Notes: generated by a model from the sequence alone, not told the origin. Counted from the stretch's first letter, positions 21,939 to 32,951 are shown. The stretch: 64,000 nt of DNA from Candidatus Marinacidobacterales bacterium (GCA_965224085.1 CBDCYI010000011.1:352001-416000); one strand, 5' to 3'. Translations and numbers: made by a program.

Positions 21939-22583
21939 GTCGAGAAAGCTCGACCGAACGCCGCACATCGAGCTCTCGCGCATCTCGAGGAGCACGGCGC
22001 GCTTCGCTATCTCATCACTCAGAACGTGGATCGCCTCCACCAGAAGGCAGGAAGCCGCAACGTCAACGATCTTCACGGGCGGATCGACCTCGTTCGCTGC
22101 GTCGATTGTGGGGACGCGAGTCCGCGGATCGAGTTTCAAGAGCGGCTTTTCGACGCGAACCCGGCTTTTCGAGCTCACGCGGCCGCTTACGCGCCCGACG
22201 GAGACGCCGTTCTCGAGAACGATGCGCTGGGGCTCGAGCGTTTTCGCACGCCCGATTGCCCGCGTTGCGGCGGGGTCTTGAAGCCGGATGTCGTCTTCTT
22301 CGGGGAATCGGTGCCTCGCGATCGTGTGACCGAAGCGATGTCCCGCATCGACGAAGCCGATGCGCTCGTCGTCGTTGGGTCCTCGCTCATGGTCTGGTCG
22401 GGCTACCGCTTCGTGAGACGCGCGGCGCAAAACCGGATTCCAGTCGCGATGGTGAACGTCGGAAAAACGCGCGCGGATAGCGAGATCGACGTGAAGGTCC
22501 ATTCCGATTGCGGCGAGACGCTCACTGCGGTCGTGGAGGCGCTTTCCCCGGGCCGCTTGAACCCGAGGCACGTTTCGAGTTAG
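21939..22583 (+). pseudogene. Sir2/CobB NAD-dependent deacylase, 5'-truncated
   Basis: PNAAHRALA, ITQNVDRLH, LHG, two CxxC, LKPDVVFFGE, GSSL; GAGIS/PDYR N-terminus missing. Confidence 0.85.
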
Positions 22584-22663
22584 TCTCAGCGTGGGTTGAC
22601 GAGGCTATTGGCCCCCCACCGGGAAACCCTCTTGAACCTGTTTGTATTCATAAACTTGGAGTC

Positions 22664-22876
22664 ATGCTCATGTTTGGTTCCTGTCGATTCTGCGCGAGCC
22701 CTACCGACAAGTGGCAGGATTTCTGCAACGAGTGCGCGCCGCGCACGTCCCCGCCACGATTTCGACTGATCCGCGGCGGCAAGACAGGGTGGGAAAGACC
22801 CGGAAGAGAAAAATCTCGCGAAAAGCGCTGGCTGAGCGCGGTGCCGCGTCCGCCGTCGCTACCACCCGAGGTGTAA
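22664..22876 (+). CDS. Small putative zinc-finger protein
   Basis: CRFC-x10-CNEC followed by FRLIRGGK; SD-like GGAG upstream. Confidence 0.45.
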   Translation: MLMFGSCRFCASPTDKWQDFCNECAPRTSPPRFRLIRGGKTGWERPGREKSREKRWLSAVPRPPSLPPEV

Positions 22877-23016
22877 TTACTGGGTCGGTAGCGAATCGCG
22901 GGTCAGAATCGTGAAGCCTTCGAACTTGTATTCGCGATTGCCGTCCGTGAGTACAAACGGCGTCTCGTCGCGCACGATGGACTCGAAAGCGTCCCGCATC
23001 TTCTCTAGGTAGCTAG

Positions 23017-23460
23017 ATGACCAAGAACAAAAGGGTGGGGTTTACCCTTTCCTCTCAGATTGCCGTAGCCCTCGCTCTGGGGATTTCTTTCGGCCTATTC
23101 CTCGGCGAGCTAGCAGGCTTTCTCTCTCAAGTCGCCGACGGCTACATCGGTTCGGGCTCGTCAGTCTTGGGGTCATCGCGCTCACCATCAGCGGTATGCG
23201 CGTCCTGTTCACGTCTGTTCTGAACCAGAACTACGACCGAGACCAGGTCATCACAGGCATGCACCTTGTTACGTGAGCGGGTACGGACGACGGTCTACCG
23301 TGACCCGCGGGGGGTCACGCGTTCGGACGATCCCGGGCGCCCGAGACTGGAGCAAATCCTGGAAGCCGGCACTCTTCGAGTCGGCTATTTCCCCAACAGC
23401 CTCCCATACGCGTACTTCAATCAGGAGGAGGAGCTCGTCGGCTTCGATGTCGAGATGGGA
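23017..23460 (+). pseudogene. Fragments of a dicarboxylate/amino acid:cation symporter fused to a substrate-binding domain
   Basis: QIAVALALGISFGLFLGE...DGYI and RLEQILEAGTLRVGY...LPYAYFN...LVGFDVEM in different frames. Confidence 0.65.
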
Positions 23461-23707
23461 TCATCTTTTCCGCCGACGAGACGGCAGATGTGGGTGTAGA
23501 TGAGGCGACTCCGGTCGTCGAGAGCTATGCCAAAAACCGCGGAGTGCTCAACGGTCGGGTCCTCAGTGTCACTATCTCAGTGGGCGAGGAGTAACGCTCG
23601 GGAGCCCGGATTCACGCGCTGCGCCCGAATTACAAGTACGAAGAATCGACACACGCGGCGCGCGTGGGAGACGGTGTACGCCACTTTGGAGCTGGGGATT
23701 GAAAACG

Positions 23708-24300
23708 TGCCTTGGTGCACAACTCCGATAGAGGCCGAGAGCTCGCTTGGCCCCGACTCCCATCATCCGATCATCTCGCTATCAGGCATCCCGAGCGCCG
23801 TCATGGTGTTGAGAATCTTGCACCCGATCCTTGCCTCGACTCTCTGTGCCGCCAACCCTCTCGCTCGCATCGCTGAGCCCACGATAGCCTTGTAGCGATG
23901 GAACGTTGTCTCGACTTTGCTCCGTTTGCTGTAGCCCGATTCTGTGTGCCACTTTCGTTTGCCGAGCCGAGCTTGTGCTGCAATGTTGCGATTGCGCTGT
24001 CGGCTGCTCGCCGGCCCCGATGCGAGCAGGGCGCCCTTGCGCGGCGGTATCAGCACCCTCGGCGAGCGATGAGCGCTGTGATTCTCGATTGCCTCATAGA
24101 CGCCGCTGGCGTCGTATGCGGTGTCAGCTCTGGCCGATGAGATGGGACTGTCGCTCTGTCCGACAAGCGATGCAACCCGCGATGAATCGCGGGCTCTTTT
24201 GCTCGTCAGCTCGCAGGCGACGACTTCGCCAGTCTGCTCGTCGACACACAGATGGAGCTTGCGATAGTCCCTGCTATTTGGTGCTCTGCGCAGCTGGCCG
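23708..24300 (-). mobile_element. IS5-family (IS903-like) partial copy
   Basis: Same terminal repeat TGCCTTGGTGCACAACTC and closely similar sequence to 42897-43490; GYSKRSKVETTFHRYK. Confidence 0.85.
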
Positions 24301-24301
24301 G

Positions 24302-24583
24302 CGTACGGAGCTTGCGGCGCTCTATCTGGACAAGCTCTTCGAACGGTACGGCGACCCCAGGCTCGTACTCGCGGAATATAACGGCGGCCCCATCAACGCC
24401 CGGCGCCTGAGAAATGGGAGCGATCGCCTTGCCGCGGAGACGCGCGACTATGTCGTCCGAGTCATGGGCGTGGTGGATGGCCTGAACAGGAGGCTCGACG
24501 TCGCCCTCGCTGAGAAGCCGCACGAGCCCGTCCGCCTCGCCGGGTTGGAAACGCTTGTAAAGAGTGGCACCCTCTCCGACTGA
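24302..24583 (+). pseudogene. Lytic transglycosylase (SLT) C-terminal fragment
   Basis: TELAALYL...VLAEYNGGP...ETRDYV, paralogous to 60443-61381. Confidence 0.75.
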
Positions 24584-24714
24584 CGAATCTGAATGTTTAG
24601 AGGGATGCGACCATGCCGACGCGAACGGTCTGGTCATCGACAGCCCGTCGCAGGGTGATGACACCGAGCAACGCCCGCTGAATAATGCGTCGCTCGAGCC
24701 GGACGACAGATGGT

Positions 24715-24888
24715 TCAAACCCTGGTGCGGTTAGGACAGGTGGCGCAGGAGACGGGCCCTCCGTCGCCGCCCATCACTTCAGGTCCGCCGCACGAGCCTC
24801 GGAGGCACGGGCGTTTGAAGATCACGCCAATCCCCATCGCGAGCATGGCGAGCGCGACGAATCCGAGGACGAGAAGAAAGAGCGTCAT
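24715..24888 (-). CDS. nqrM: Na+-NQR maturation factor NqrM (57 aa, absent from the ORF track)
   Basis: MTLFLLVLGFVALAMLAMGIGVIFKRPCLRGSCGG...CATC; one TM helix plus GSCGG; overlaps the apbE stop. Confidence 0.8.
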   Translation of the reverse strand: MTLFLLVLGFVALAMLAMGIGVIFKRPCLRGSCGGPEVMGGDGGPVSCATCPNRTRV

Positions 24889-25931
24889 CGCTCTATTCTA
24901 GGCACGCCTGCAAAAAGTTGCTCGAACGAGGGGGACGGCCGCTCCACGCTCTCCCCGTCCTCCGAGCGGATCAAGAAAAGCACCGCGAGGTCTTTCTGAA
25001 CCGCGAGGTCGAATCCCGCGTCGGGGCCGAGGACGAGCAGACCCGAGGCGAGCGCATCCGCACGCATGCAAGAATGCCCCACGACGCTCACCGAGGCGAG
25101 CCGATGTGCCACCGGCCGCCCCGTTCGCGGGTCGATCAAGTGTGAATAGAGCTTGCCTTCGACTTCGTAGAAGTTGCGGTAGTCACCGGACGTCGCCATC
25201 GAGAGCCCGCTCAAACGCACCACTCGCTTGAGAGAACGCGCTCCGGGAACAGGCTTTTTGATGCCAATACGCCAAGCTTCGCCGTCCGCGTTCTTACCCG
25301 AGGTGCGCACTTCGCCCCCGACTTCGACCATGAAGTCCCGGACCCCACGTTTGTCGAGAAGCTTCGCGACTTCGTCGACCGCGTAGCCTTTGGCGATCCC
25401 GGAGAGATCGCACTCGACGCCGTCGACGTTTTTAGCTACGGAAGGCGGATCATCGAACAGCGCTAGCTGCGCGTAACCGGTTCGCGCCCGCGCCTCGGCA
25501 ATCTCATCGTCCGGGGGCAGCTCGGGCAGCTCCAGGTCGCCGGAGGCACCAGCGCCAAAACCCCAGAGACGGACGAGAGGGGCGACGGTGACGTCGAAAG
25601 CGCCTTGGGTGAGCTTGCTGACGGCCTGGGCCTCACGCAAGACGTCGAAGGTCGACTGAGCGATCGGAAACGGCTCGCCGGCCGGCTGCATGTTGAAGCG
25701 CGACACGTCTGAGCTCGTGTCGTAGGTCGACATCCATCCGTCGATACGGTCGAGCCGCTGCTGCAGCTCGCGCGAGATCCCGATGCGCTCTGTTTGACTC
25801 ACTGGGCCAGCGATCTGTACGAGATAGGTCGTGCCCATCGTTTCGCCCTCGAACCGCACCGTCTCCGATGGAGCTCGAGACGAACAAGCAGCCGCGAGTG
25901 CTAAGGCTAGAAAAGCGGCGCGAGCACACAT
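24885..25931 (-). CDS. apbE: FAD:protein FMN transferase (lipoprotein)
   Basis: TMGT, GAFDVTV, DLSGIAKGYAVD, ATSGDYRN, HLIDPRTG, ADA. Confidence 0.93.
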   Translation of the reverse strand: MCARAAFLALALAAACSSRAPSETVRFEGETMGTTYLVQIAGPVSQTERIGISRELQQRLDRIDGWMSTYDTSSDVSRFNMQPAGEPFPIAQSTFDVLREAQAVSKLTQGAFDVTVAPLVRLWGFGAGASGDLELPELPPDDEIAEARARTGYAQLALFDDPPSVAKNVDGVECDLSGIAKGYAVDEVAKLLDKRGVRDFMVEVGGEVRTSGKNADGEAWRIGIKKPVPGARSLKRVVRLSGLSMATSGDYRNFYEVEGKLYSHLIDPRTGRPVAHRLASVSVVGHSCMRADALASGLLVLGPDAGFDLAVQKDLAVLFLIRSEDGESVERPSPSFEQLFAGVPRIER

Positions 25932-25961
25932 ACTGAATGCTGAATGCCGAAACCCGAATGA

Positions 25962-27191
25962 TTACCCAAAATCGTCGTACAAGATGTTCTCAGGCTCGAC
26001 GCCGAGGCTATCGAGCATGTCGAAACAAGCCTTCAACATGAGCGGAGGCCCGCAGAGGTAATACTCCACATCTTCGGGGCTCGGATGGTCCTTCAGGTAA
26101 TGATCGTAGAGCACTTGATGGATGAATCCGGTCTTGCCGGTCCAGTCGTCCTCGGGGAGAGGCTCTGAAAGCGCCAAGTGCCATTCGAAGTTGTTGTTCT
26201 CCGCCGCGATCGAGTCGAAGTCCTGCCCGTAAAATGCCTCGCGCAAGCTCCGCGCGCCGTACCAGTACGACACCTTGCGCTTCGTATGGGTGCGGCGAAA
26301 CAAGTCAAAGATGTGGGAGCGCATCGGCGCCATGCCCGCACCACCCCCGATATAGATCATCTCGGATTCGGTGTCTTTCGCGAAGAACTCTCCGTAGGGT
26401 CCCGAGATGGTGACTTCGTCGCCCGGTTTGAGATCGAAGATGTAAGACGACATCTTCCCCGGAGGTACGTCGGGCATGCGCGGTGGCGGCGACGCGATGC
26501 GCACGTTAAGCATGATGATGCCCTTGTCTTCGGGATAGTTCGCCATCGAGTAGGCACGCACGACGTCTTCGCCGGGCTCCGCCGTCGAGACGTAGCGCCA
26601 CAGGTCGTATTTGTCCCAGTCCTCGCGATATTCCTCTTCCACGTCGATGTTCTTGTACGCGACAACGCCCGCCGGCCGCTCGATTTGAATGTAACCTCCG
26701 GCGCGAAACGGAACTTCCTCGCCGGCGGGAAGCTCGAGGACGAGCTCTTTGATGAACGTCGCGACGTTTCCGTTCGAACGGACGTTGCACTTCCACTTCC
26801 GGATGTTGAAGACCTCGGGCGGGAGCTCGATCTTCATGTCCTGTTTGACTTTGACTTGGCAGGACAGGCGCACGCCTTCGCGGGCCTCGCGGCGGTTGAT
26901 GTGACTCGTCTCAGTCGGAAGCATGGAACCTCCGCCTTCGAGCACGGTGACGGTGCAGACACCACAACTTCCCTTCCCGCCACAAGCGGAAGGGATGAAG
27001 AGCTTGTTCGCCGCGAGCGTCCCGAGAAGGTTCCCGCCCGCGGTCGTCGTGAGCGCCTTGTCAGGGTCGTCATTGACCGTGATGGTCACGTTTCCCGTCG
27101 CGACGAGCTCGCGACGCGCGAGCATGAGCACGACAACCTGAGTGACGATCACCGTCGTGAACATGAAGACACCGAGGCCGATGGTAAACAT
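25962..27191 (-). CDS. nqrF: Na+-translocating NADH:quinone reductase subunit F
   Basis: [45 protein letters not shown] end. Confidence 0.95.
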   Translation of the reverse strand: MFTIGLGVFMFTTVIVTQVVVLMLARRELVATGNVTITVNDDPDKALTTTAGGNLLGTLAANKLFIPSACGGKGSCGVCTVTVLEGGGSMLPTETSHINRREAREGVRLSCQVKVKQDMKIELPPEVFNIRKWKCNVRSNGNVATFIKELVLELPAGEEVPFRAGGYIQIERPAGVVAYKNIDVEEEYREDWDKYDLWRYVSTAEPGEDVVRAYSMANYPEDKGIIMLNVRIASPPPRMPDVPPGKMSSYIFDLKPGDEVTISGPYGEFFAKDTESEMIYIGGGAGMAPMRSHIFDLFRRTHTKRKVSYWYGARSLREAFYGQDFDSIAAENNNFEWHLALSEPLPEDDWTGKTGFIHQVLYDHYLKDHPSPEDVEYYLCGPPLMLKACFDMLDSLGVEPENILYDDFG

Positions 27192-27809
27192 CTAGAGCTG
27201 AATCCCTGCAAAGGCCATGAAACCCATCGCCATGAGCCCGGTGAGAAGAAAAGTAATGCCAAGACCGCGCAAGCCGGCCGGGATATGGTTGTAGCGCAGT
27301 CGCTCGCGAATGCCGGCAAGCGCTATGATCGCGAGGGCCCACCCAGTTCCCGAGCCAAAACCGAAAACGAGGCTCTCACCCAGATTGTAATTACGCTCGA
27401 CCATAAAGAGCGAGGCGCCGAGAATGGCGCAGTTCACGGCTATCAGCGGCAAGAAGACACCGAGAGCGTTATAGAGCACCGGAAAGAAACGGTCGAGCAC
27501 CATCTCGACGATCTGCACGATAGCCGCGATCGTCCCGATATAGGTGAGGAAGCCGAGAAAAGTCAGATCCTGCTCGCCGAGGGATGGTGAGACCCAGGAG
27601 AGCGCGCCAGGCTTCAATAGGTATGTATAGACGAGATTGTTGATCGGGACCGTGAAGGTGAGCACGAAGATCACCGCGCTTCCGAGGCCGATGGCGGTCT
27701 CCACCTTGCGAGAGACGGCGATGAAGGAGCACATGCCGAGAAAAAAGGCGAGCGCCATGTTCTCGATGAAGATGGCTTTGATCGCGAGGTCGAGATAACT
27801 CTCGAGCAC
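27192..27809 (-). CDS. nqrE: Na+-NQR subunit E
   Basis: [33 protein letters not shown]. Confidence 0.93.
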   Translation of the reverse strand: MLESYLDLAIKAIFIENMALAFFLGMCSFIAVSRKVETAIGLGSAVIFVLTFTVPINNLVYTYLLKPGALSWVSPSLGEQDLTFLGFLTYIGTIAAIVQIVEMVLDRFFPVLYNALGVFLPLIAVNCAILGASLFMVERNYNLGESLVFGFGSGTGWALAIIALAGIRERLRYNHIPAGLRGLGITFLLTGLMAMGFMAFAGIQL

Positions 27810-27813
27810 TTCT

Positions 27814-28257
27814 TACTCCGCCCTCCACTTGATCCGGCTTCCACGTTCTCAAGATCCAAATGAAGAAGCCGATGATGAAGAAGGCTCCCGGCGAGAGCAC
27901 GAGAAGACCGTTCGGGGTGTACCAGCCGCCTTCACTAACCACGGGAAGCACAGGGATGCCAAAGAAGTTGCCCGAGCCAAAGATTTCGCGAATCGCCGCT
28001 GTTATCAACAGAATGAGCGCATAACCCAGCCCGTTTCCGATACCGTCGACGATGCTCATTACCGGCGGGTTTTGCATGGCGAAGGCCTCGGCTCGCCCCA
28101 TGATGATGCAATTCGTGATGATGAGGCCGACGAAAACCGAGAGCTGTTTCGAGATCTCGAAGACGTAGGCCTTCAGTACTTGATCGGTGACGATGACGAG
28201 CGACGCAATAATCGTAAGCTGGACGATGATGCGAATATTGGTCGGGATCTTGATCGG
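27814..28257 (-). pseudogene. nqrD: Na+-NQR subunit D, 5' part deleted, probable 1-nt insertion near the stop
   Basis: [10 protein letters not shown]...[22 protein letters not shown]; no N-terminus; frame reads through into nqrE. Confidence 0.85.
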
Positions 28258-28579
28258 CTGCACCGACTCTGCCGGAGCGGTCGGCGCTCGAGAGCTCGAG
28301 CATCACCGCTTGGAAGGCGCGGCGCTCGCCGCGATGGACGGCAATCACTTTGCCGGCGCCAGGAGACGTGAAACGTACACCCGGCGTCTTCTTGTCTTCC
28401 AACAAGAGCTGCCCCCGGCGAACTTCGTCGCCTTCCGCCACGTGCATCGTTGGGCGCAGGCCGGGAAAGTCGGCGGCGAGAAGGGCTACATGGCGCGGCG
28501 GATCATGATCATGGATGCCGGGGCCAGGCTCGCCGAGGATTGGAAGGTCCAATCCCTTCCTCGATACGTGAACGCTCAT
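28258..28579 (-). pseudogene. nqrA: Na+-NQR subunit A N-terminal fragment
   Basis: KGLDLPILGEP...GLRPTMHVAEGDEV..GQLL.EDKKTPGVRFTSP..G...RGERR. Confidence 0.85.
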
Positions 28580-28831
28580 GACGCTCTGTGGCTACGGACG
28601 GCTCCCCCGGATCGTTGGCCAATTTCAGCCACGTTACTCACGCGCGAAATGGCGGAAAGAAAGAAAGCGGCTCGCGAGACCTCCCTAGTTGATACGGGCC
28701 TCCGATTTCGGCATAACCCAACGATTCTTCCACAAATATTTTTGGATCGCAAAAAACGAGCGCGTCGTGTCCATTTCTTTCGCCAACTCTTTCGAAGAAG
28801 CGAACTCTCCAGGCGCTATAATCCAATATCC

Positions 28832-29431
28832 ATGAGCGAAGAGGCGAAATATCAAGATATTCGCAGCGATTTTTGGCGCGCATGCTGGGAAAAAGGGGCG
28901 AGCTACGACGCTTATTTGGAGGGGTCGGACCCGAAGCGCGCCGCGCGTTGGCCTCAGCTCAAAAAGCGCGTCCCGGCGCTCAGCGAGTCGCAAAAAAAAC
29001 GCGTGAGCGACTACGGGCGCAAGCTCAACATCCTGCTCGTGAGCGGCGTGTGGTGCGGAGACTGCGTGCGCCAAGGACCCATGATCCGGCAGATTGCCGA
29101 CGCTTGCGATGAGGCAGTCGAGCTTCGGGTCATCGACCGCGACAAAAACCCCGACCTTCGCAACGAGGTGCGGATACTCGGAGCCGCGCGTGTACCCGTC
29201 GTCGTTTTTCTGAGCGAGGACTTTCACGAGGCCGGCCGTTTCGGCGATCGTCTACTCGAGACGTATCGGCGCAAGGCAACGACCGAGATCGGCGCCGCCT
29301 GCGCGGTGCCAACGGCCGAGATCCCGCCCGAGGAGCTCGCGGCCGAGCGGGACGAGTGGCTCGACATCTTTGAGAGAATGCTCCTCATGGTGCGCCTCGC
29401 CCCACCGCTTCGAGCACGCTATGGAGACTAA
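28832..29431 (+). CDS. Thioredoxin-family protein
   Basis: WCGDC active site, RVPVVVFLSEDF. Confidence 0.85.
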   Translation: MSEEAKYQDIRSDFWRACWEKGASYDAYLEGSDPKRAARWPQLKKRVPALSESQKKRVSDYGRKLNILLVSGVWCGDCVRQGPMIRQIADACDEAVELRVIDRDKNPDLRNEVRILGAARVPVVVFLSEDFHEAGRFGDRLLETYRRKATTEIGAACAVPTAEIPPEELAAERDEWLDIFERMLLMVRLAPPLRARYGD

Positions 29432-29544
29432 TCGGTGCTCCGCTCGTCGAGCACAGAGCAGGCCAGGATGCGCTCCCGCCCCTGCCATTGCTCTGATTGC
29501 GCAGTTCCCCTAAACTCCTCTGACAAACCGGGAGGTAGACCACT

Positions 29545-30852
29545 ATGCCACGTGCGTTTACGGCTCTTATCGTGTTTCTCGTAAGCATCCCCGCAACTGG
29601 GCCCGCAGCTGGACAGGACGCCGCGATTCTCGATGACCGGATCTCTGAGCTCGTGGCGAAGCACGAGGCGGATATCCTCGAGTTTCGCCACTACGTTCAT
29701 CAGAATCCCGAGCTCGGAAACCGCGAGCATGAGACCGCGAAGCGCGTCGCCGCGCACCTCAAAGCACTCGGTATGGAAGTCCGGACAGGCATCGCCCATA
29801 CGGGTGTGGTCGGGATTCTGAAAGGCGGCAAGCCCGGACGGACCATCGCCGTGCGCGCTGATATGGACGCACTTCCCGTAACCGAAGACACAGACCTCCC
29901 TTTCAAATCCACTATTCGGACGACCTATAACGGCCAAGACGTCGGGGTCATGCATGCCTGCGGCCACGACGTGCACACCGCTGTGCAGTACGGCGTCGCT
30001 TCCATCCTCGCGGAGATGCGCGACGAGATTCCGGGGACGGTGGTCTTCATCTTTCAGCCGGCGGAAGAAGGGCCGCCCCAGGGTGAAGAAGGCGGCGCAG
30101 ACCTGATGGTGCGTGAAGGCGTCTTCGACGATCCCAAGCCTGAAGCTGTGTTCGGCTTGCACACGCTCGCCGGCATGCCTGTGGGCGATGTGGGTTTCAC
30201 GGCGGGACCCGCGCTCGCGGCGGTGGATCAATTCCGCGCCACGGTGCGCGGGGTGCAAACGCACGGCGCCCAGCCCCAGCAGGGCGTCGATCCCATCGTG
30301 ATGGCATCGCAAGCTGTTCTCGCCTTGCAGACGATCGTGTCGCGCAACGTCCATCCGCTTTCGCCCGCGGTCGTGACTGTCGGCATGTTCCACTCGGGCG
30401 AGCGGTTCAACATCATCCCTGCAGAAGTGAAGCTCGAAGGAACGGTGCGGACCTACGACCCCGATGTGCGGGATCTCATCGAGCGCCGGATGAACGAGAT
30501 ACTCGGCGGCATCACGAGCGCGGGCGGCGGCTCCCACGTGCTCGACTACGAACGCGGAACGCCCGCGACCATCAATGATACCGAGCTCACGGCACAAATG
30601 GCGCGGAGCCTTTATGCCGTTGTCGGCACAGACCGGGTGCAGGAGATCCAACCGACGATGGGAGGCGAGGATTTCGCTTATTTCGCGCTCGAAGTGCCCG
30701 GCTTTTTTTATCGGCTCGGTATCCACAAAGAGGGCTCGGTGATAGGCCCGCATCACTCTCCGAGCTTTCGCGCTGATGACGCTTCCGTTCCCGTGGGCAT
30801 GCGCGTAATGTCGAACGTTCTCATGGACTACTTGCTCGCCAATGTTCCTTAG
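29545..30852 (+). CDS. Secreted M20D amidohydrolase
   Basis: HQNPEL, RADMDALP, MHACGHD, FQPAEEG, GEDF, PHHSP. Confidence 0.92.
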   Translation: MPRAFTALIVFLVSIPATGPAAGQDAAILDDRISELVAKHEADILEFRHYVHQNPELGNREHETAKRVAAHLKALGMEVRTGIAHTGVVGILKGGKPGRTIAVRADMDALPVTEDTDLPFKSTIRTTYNGQDVGVMHACGHDVHTAVQYGVASILAEMRDEIPGTVVFIFQPAEEGPPQGEEGGADLMVREGVFDDPKPEAVFGLHTLAGMPVGDVGFTAGPALAAVDQFRATVRGVQTHGAQPQQGVDPIVMASQAVLALQTIVSRNVHPLSPAVVTVGMFHSGERFNIIPAEVKLEGTVRTYDPDVRDLIERRMNEILGGITSAGGGSHVLDYERGTPATINDTELTAQMARSLYAVVGTDRVQEIQPTMGGEDFAYFALEVPGFFYRLGIHKEGSVIGPHHSPSFRADDASVPVGMRVMSNVLMDYLLANVP

Positions 30853-31123
30853 CAGCGCACGAATGGGCCGGCGTTGCACCGGGCGAGCTCGGCGCAAGGT
30901 CAAGAGAGACCGAGCATTGAGCACACGCAGGCTGTCAGAAAAGGATATCTGCAGTATGGGCGAGCGGAGCGAGCCCGGCCCGCCGCCGTCCGCAGCGAGC
31001 CTGCGAGCGGAGGACAGGGCGCGAACGAAGAGAGAGCGCCCACTGATGAGTGGGCCGATGACACGCCGGGCGAGCGAACGTAGACAGAGCGAGCACTAAG
31101 CACTCTATTAAGGAGAAAGCCCG

Positions 31124-31381
31124 ATGTCTGATGCGCAGTTGCAAATTCGCGGCGACATACAGATCCAGCTGGCGAAGGTCGGCTACGAGCTTCGTCGCAT
31201 CCAAAAAGCCCTCGAAAACGTCACGCTCGACCGTCCGCCGGACGAGCTCGAACAGGGCGTGCTCGACCACGCGTCCGCAGCTCTCAAAGGCGTGCGGCTC
31301 GCGCAGGACCACGCGGAACGCGTCGGGTTCTATCTCGAGGAGCTTTTAGAGGACGACGACCGATCGGACACCTTCGAATAA
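31124..31381 (+). CDS. Small hypothetical helical protein
   Basis: SD AGGAG upstream, 85-aa open frame with coding-like composition. Confidence 0.55.
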   Translation: MSDAQLQIRGDIQIQLAKVGYELRRIQKALENVTLDRPPDELEQGVLDHASAALKGVRLAQDHAERVGFYLEELLEDDDRSDTFE

Positions 31382-31474
31382 AAGCTAGCGCGTCGGGTCC
31401 TTATGCCGCATACTGTAGTGGTCTTGAACGACTAATTCATCAATCGGGAACGACCCTTCTCATAGACGTCGAGA

Positions 31475-31953
31475 ATGTCGGAATTGTTTTCAGGGGAAAA
31501 GCCAAAGCCTCGCTGGTGCCTCGAAAGCACGGCGGATGGCGGAAGGAGCCTCGCGCGGGTTCCGATCCAGAAGTTGCCGTTTCACATCGGCCGCCTCGAC
31601 GACCTCGAGCTGACACTCCCTTTTCAGAGCGTATCCAAACGCCACGCCGTGCTTCACGTCTCGGAAGACGGCTTGTATCTTCGAGACTTGTCGAGCACGA
31701 ATGGAACCTTCGTCAACCGACAGCGTGTCAGCGAAGCCATTCTGGAGGAAGGCGATATTCTGCACTTCGCCGAGGTCGAGTTTCGCGTCGGACGCCACGC
31801 CGAAGGTGGAGCGCAGAGAAACTCAGACGAAGGGACCTCACCACTTCGACGCGTCGAGCTTTCCGAGCAATTCATCGCGGGGACGCGCGAGCTCAACCGA
31901 CTGCTCGAGCGGGAGATGGTGACCGCCGCGTTTCAGCCCATCGTGTCCCTTCC
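31475..31953 (+). pseudogene. FHA plus EAL domain protein truncated at the start of EAL
   Basis: IGR...VSKRHA...DLSSTNGTFVN then AFQPIVSL, followed by IS1595 sequence. Confidence 0.8.
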
Positions 31954-32500
31954 GCCGAGGATCCGCAGGGAAGACGGCCGTCATCGGCGCGAAGGACCGC
32001 CGGACGAACCGTGTCAGCGCCGAGGTCATCGGCAACACCGACCAACCGACGCTCCAAGGCTTCGTCGCGAAGAATGTCGATCCTAGCGCGAAGCTCTACA
32101 CCGACGACCACAGAGGCTATGTCGGTCTACCCAATCACGAGACGGTGAAGCACAGCGTCAAAGAGTACGTCAACGGAATGGCGCACACCAACGGGATTGA
32201 GAGCTTCTGGTCGATGCTCAAGCGGGCGCACAAGGGGACGTTCCACAAGATGAGCCCCAAGCACTTACAACGCTACGTTAATGAGTTCGCTGAGAAGCAC
32301 AACATCCGCGACCTAGGAACTCTCGACCAAATGCTCGACACCGTCGCTCGGCTTGTCGGACACCGACTTCTCTACCGTGACCTCGTCGCCAAGAACGGGC
32401 TCAGTTCGATGGCGAGGTCGTAAGGGACTCAGCAACGCGCGGGCCAATCTCTCCGGCGTGGCGCCGGCCAGGTCGCGCTCGGGGATGATCATCGGTGGTC

Positions 32501-32854
32501 TCATAGCTTCACCTTGATGTTACCGACCCGGTCCTCTACGCGTTCGAGCCGCTTATCCATCTTCTCGGTCCTACGGCCAATGAGGTCTAGCTTCTGACCG
32601 AATACTCCAAAATTGTGCTCAAGGGTGCTGAACCGGTGACCCATCGCGTCGAGCTTTGACGACAGCCCGTCGATTTTACCCGACACTTTTTCGATGTCGT
32701 CGATTATCTCTCCTTGCCTGAACCCGTACTTCTCGTCGAGCCTCGTCGCGATTGCGTCTGCCAGTTCATGCGCGAACTTAGGGTCTTTTGCCATCAGAGC
32801 CGCAAGCCTTTCAATGTCTTGATCCGATAGACCGTCTGCATTATAATCCAGCAC
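32501..32854 (-). CDS. Coiled-coil hypothetical protein (IS passenger)
   Basis: Heptad repeats KIDGLSSKLDAMGHRF...MDKRLERVEDRV; lower GC than flanks. Confidence 0.55.
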   Translation of the reverse strand: MLDYNADGLSDQDIERLAALMAKDPKFAHELADAIATRLDEKYGFRQGEIIDDIEKVSGKIDGLSSKLDAMGHRFSTLEHNFGVFGQKLDLIGRRTEKMDKRLERVEDRVGNIKVKL

Positions 32855-32897
32855 AGAAGTTCTCCCTGTCTCCGCGCTGTCACGCGGTGATGATTTA

Positions 32898-32936
32898 AAA
32901 GCCCCGGGGGTAATTCCCCGGGGCTTCTGCTTTTCA
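32898..32936. terminator. Intrinsic terminator hairpin
   Basis: AAAAGCCCCGGGG-GTAATT-CCCCGGGGCTT with A/T runs on both sides. Confidence 0.7.
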
Positions 32937-32951
32937 GGCTCTACTCTATCA

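Noticed and set aside
27935-28579. Functional NqrA-NqrD fusion protein
   Set aside because: The join is out of frame and the downstream translation is not protein-like
31036-31058. CTGATGAG resembling a hammerhead ribozyme core
   Set aside because: It sits in a simple hairpin loop, with no stem II or GAAA arrangement
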